Assembly (NCBI RefSeq): GCF_006345805.1
Contig: NW_021829353.1
Coordinates: 1-6,526 of the forward strand
Length of the DNA: 6,526 bases
From: Octopus sinensis
Taxonomy: Eukaryota
Direction of reading: 5' to 3'
Positions 5,655 through 6,526 of the stretch are shown piece after piece; position 1 is the stretch's first letter, and every line of letters starts with the position of its first letter. The position numbers were made by a program, and so were the translations under genes. The notes under the pieces were generated by a model that did no database searches, was not told the origin of the DNA, and saw nothing but the letters and a program-made list of their open reading frames with translations.

Positions 5655-5904
5655 TTCTTTATTGGCCACACAAGGCTGAATACAGAGGGGACAAATACAA
5701 ATGTAGAGCTTGTCTCTTCGAAAATGGGAAAGAAAAAGGAAAAAAGGGAACAAATGTAAAATTCCGATGAAAAGGGATCGGGGAGTAAAAAAAGGCGATC
5801 AAAAGGGATTTTTTTAACACAGAAAGAAATTTTTTTAAAAGTAAGAAACAAGATTAGGTTTATCCGTGGAAAGAAAAGCCTACAGAAAAGACCACGGTAA
5901 CCTC
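5655..5904 (-). mobile_element. Probable 3' UTR/3' end of a non-LTR retrotransposon (copy 2, longer), ending in AATAAA and followed by (TATC/TGTC)n
   Basis: Pyrimidine-rich minus strand, AATAAA at 5658-5663, last ~65 nt duplicated at 5377-5447 and similar to the family-1 SINE long tail. The 5' extent (to ~5904) is inferred from composition and recollection of similar octopus repeats, so it is less certain. Confidence 0.5.
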
Positions 5905-5995
5905 AGGCAGGGAGAAATAAACACATGAGAGCAAAGTGCTCTCTCTCTCTCTCTTTTTACGATTTACAAGATCATGTTCAAAGTGGTTTCGTCGC

Positions 5996-6038
<43 letters not shown>

Positions 6039-6057
6039 AATCGATAGATAGATAAGA
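5996..6057. repeat. (GATA)n microsatellite (with (CT)n at ~5939-5954 nearby)
   Basis: Direct reading. Confidence 0.95.
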
Positions 6058-6379
6058 TAAGGTCATTGCTTGAACGAGCGCAGAGAAATGTTGTATATTC
6101 TGAACAATCTTCATAAATCAAATGTCACATGTTTATATATTATTGCAGGAAACGTAAAAATTTAGCAACAACACAGGCTAAAACAACAGCTTAGCAACTC
6201 ACTGTAGGCTTGCTGCGTGCTTCTACCTCACCATTCAACACGATGTGGTAGGATGCCTGGTTGGCCTACTGACTCAGTTTCTTTTTCGTTACCCCTGCTG
6301 GTGTCGTCCTTTCATCGTACCCAGTTAACGCGCTGCCGTTTGTAACCTGCACAATCTTATTTCGGTCTTATATTTACGT

Positions 6380-6526
6380 CTTTTAATTCGTTTCATTCCT
6401 TGGTTTGCAGCCAAGCTGGGGGCACCGCCTTGGAGGGTTTAGTCGAGAAAAGAAAAAAACGACCCCCTGTATAAACCAACACCGGTTGTCAAGCAATGTT
6501 GTTGTTGTGTTGTTGTTGTGTTGTTG
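6380..6526 (-). mobile_element. Degenerate, internally deleted family-2 SINE 3' part, running off the window; contains (GTT)n
   Basis: GCTGGGGGCACCGCCTT...TTTAGTCGAG...CGACCCC and CCGGTTGTCAAGCAATG parallel 3120-3155 and 3226-3241. Confidence 0.65.

Noticed and set aside
6149-6194. Possible terminal exon (TTATTGCAG|G-KRKNLATTQAKTTA*)
   Set aside because: Only an acceptor-like site and 14 codons. Its phase is incompatible with direct splicing from the 1645-1700 candidate, and there is no homology evidence.

Overview
Eukaryotic, repeat-dense non-coding DNA (intronic or intergenic). The SINE families and microsatellite load resemble octopus (coleoid cephalopod) genomic DNA; that assignment comes from recognition, not from a search. 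No protein-coding gene is supported, and the supplied ORFs are mostly microsatellite or SINE read-through artefacts. Contents: many simple repeats; a decayed Penelope-like retroelement fragment (1012-1410, RT thumb plus Cys linker, six in-frame stops); a tRNA-derived SINE with an internal (TA)/(CA) tract (3076-3501, minus) and a degenerate relative at the window end; and LINE-like 3' ends embedded in GATA/GACA repeats (5377-5904). The most structured part is 3504-4582. There, diverged SINE copies alternate with an invariant 15-bp linker (ATTTTACTTTCAAAT), younger SINE copies sit inside an older one at the element's own GGTATTTCGTC motif, and the block is bracketed by a ~156/173-bp, ~94% identical inverted repeat that includes non-SINE flank.
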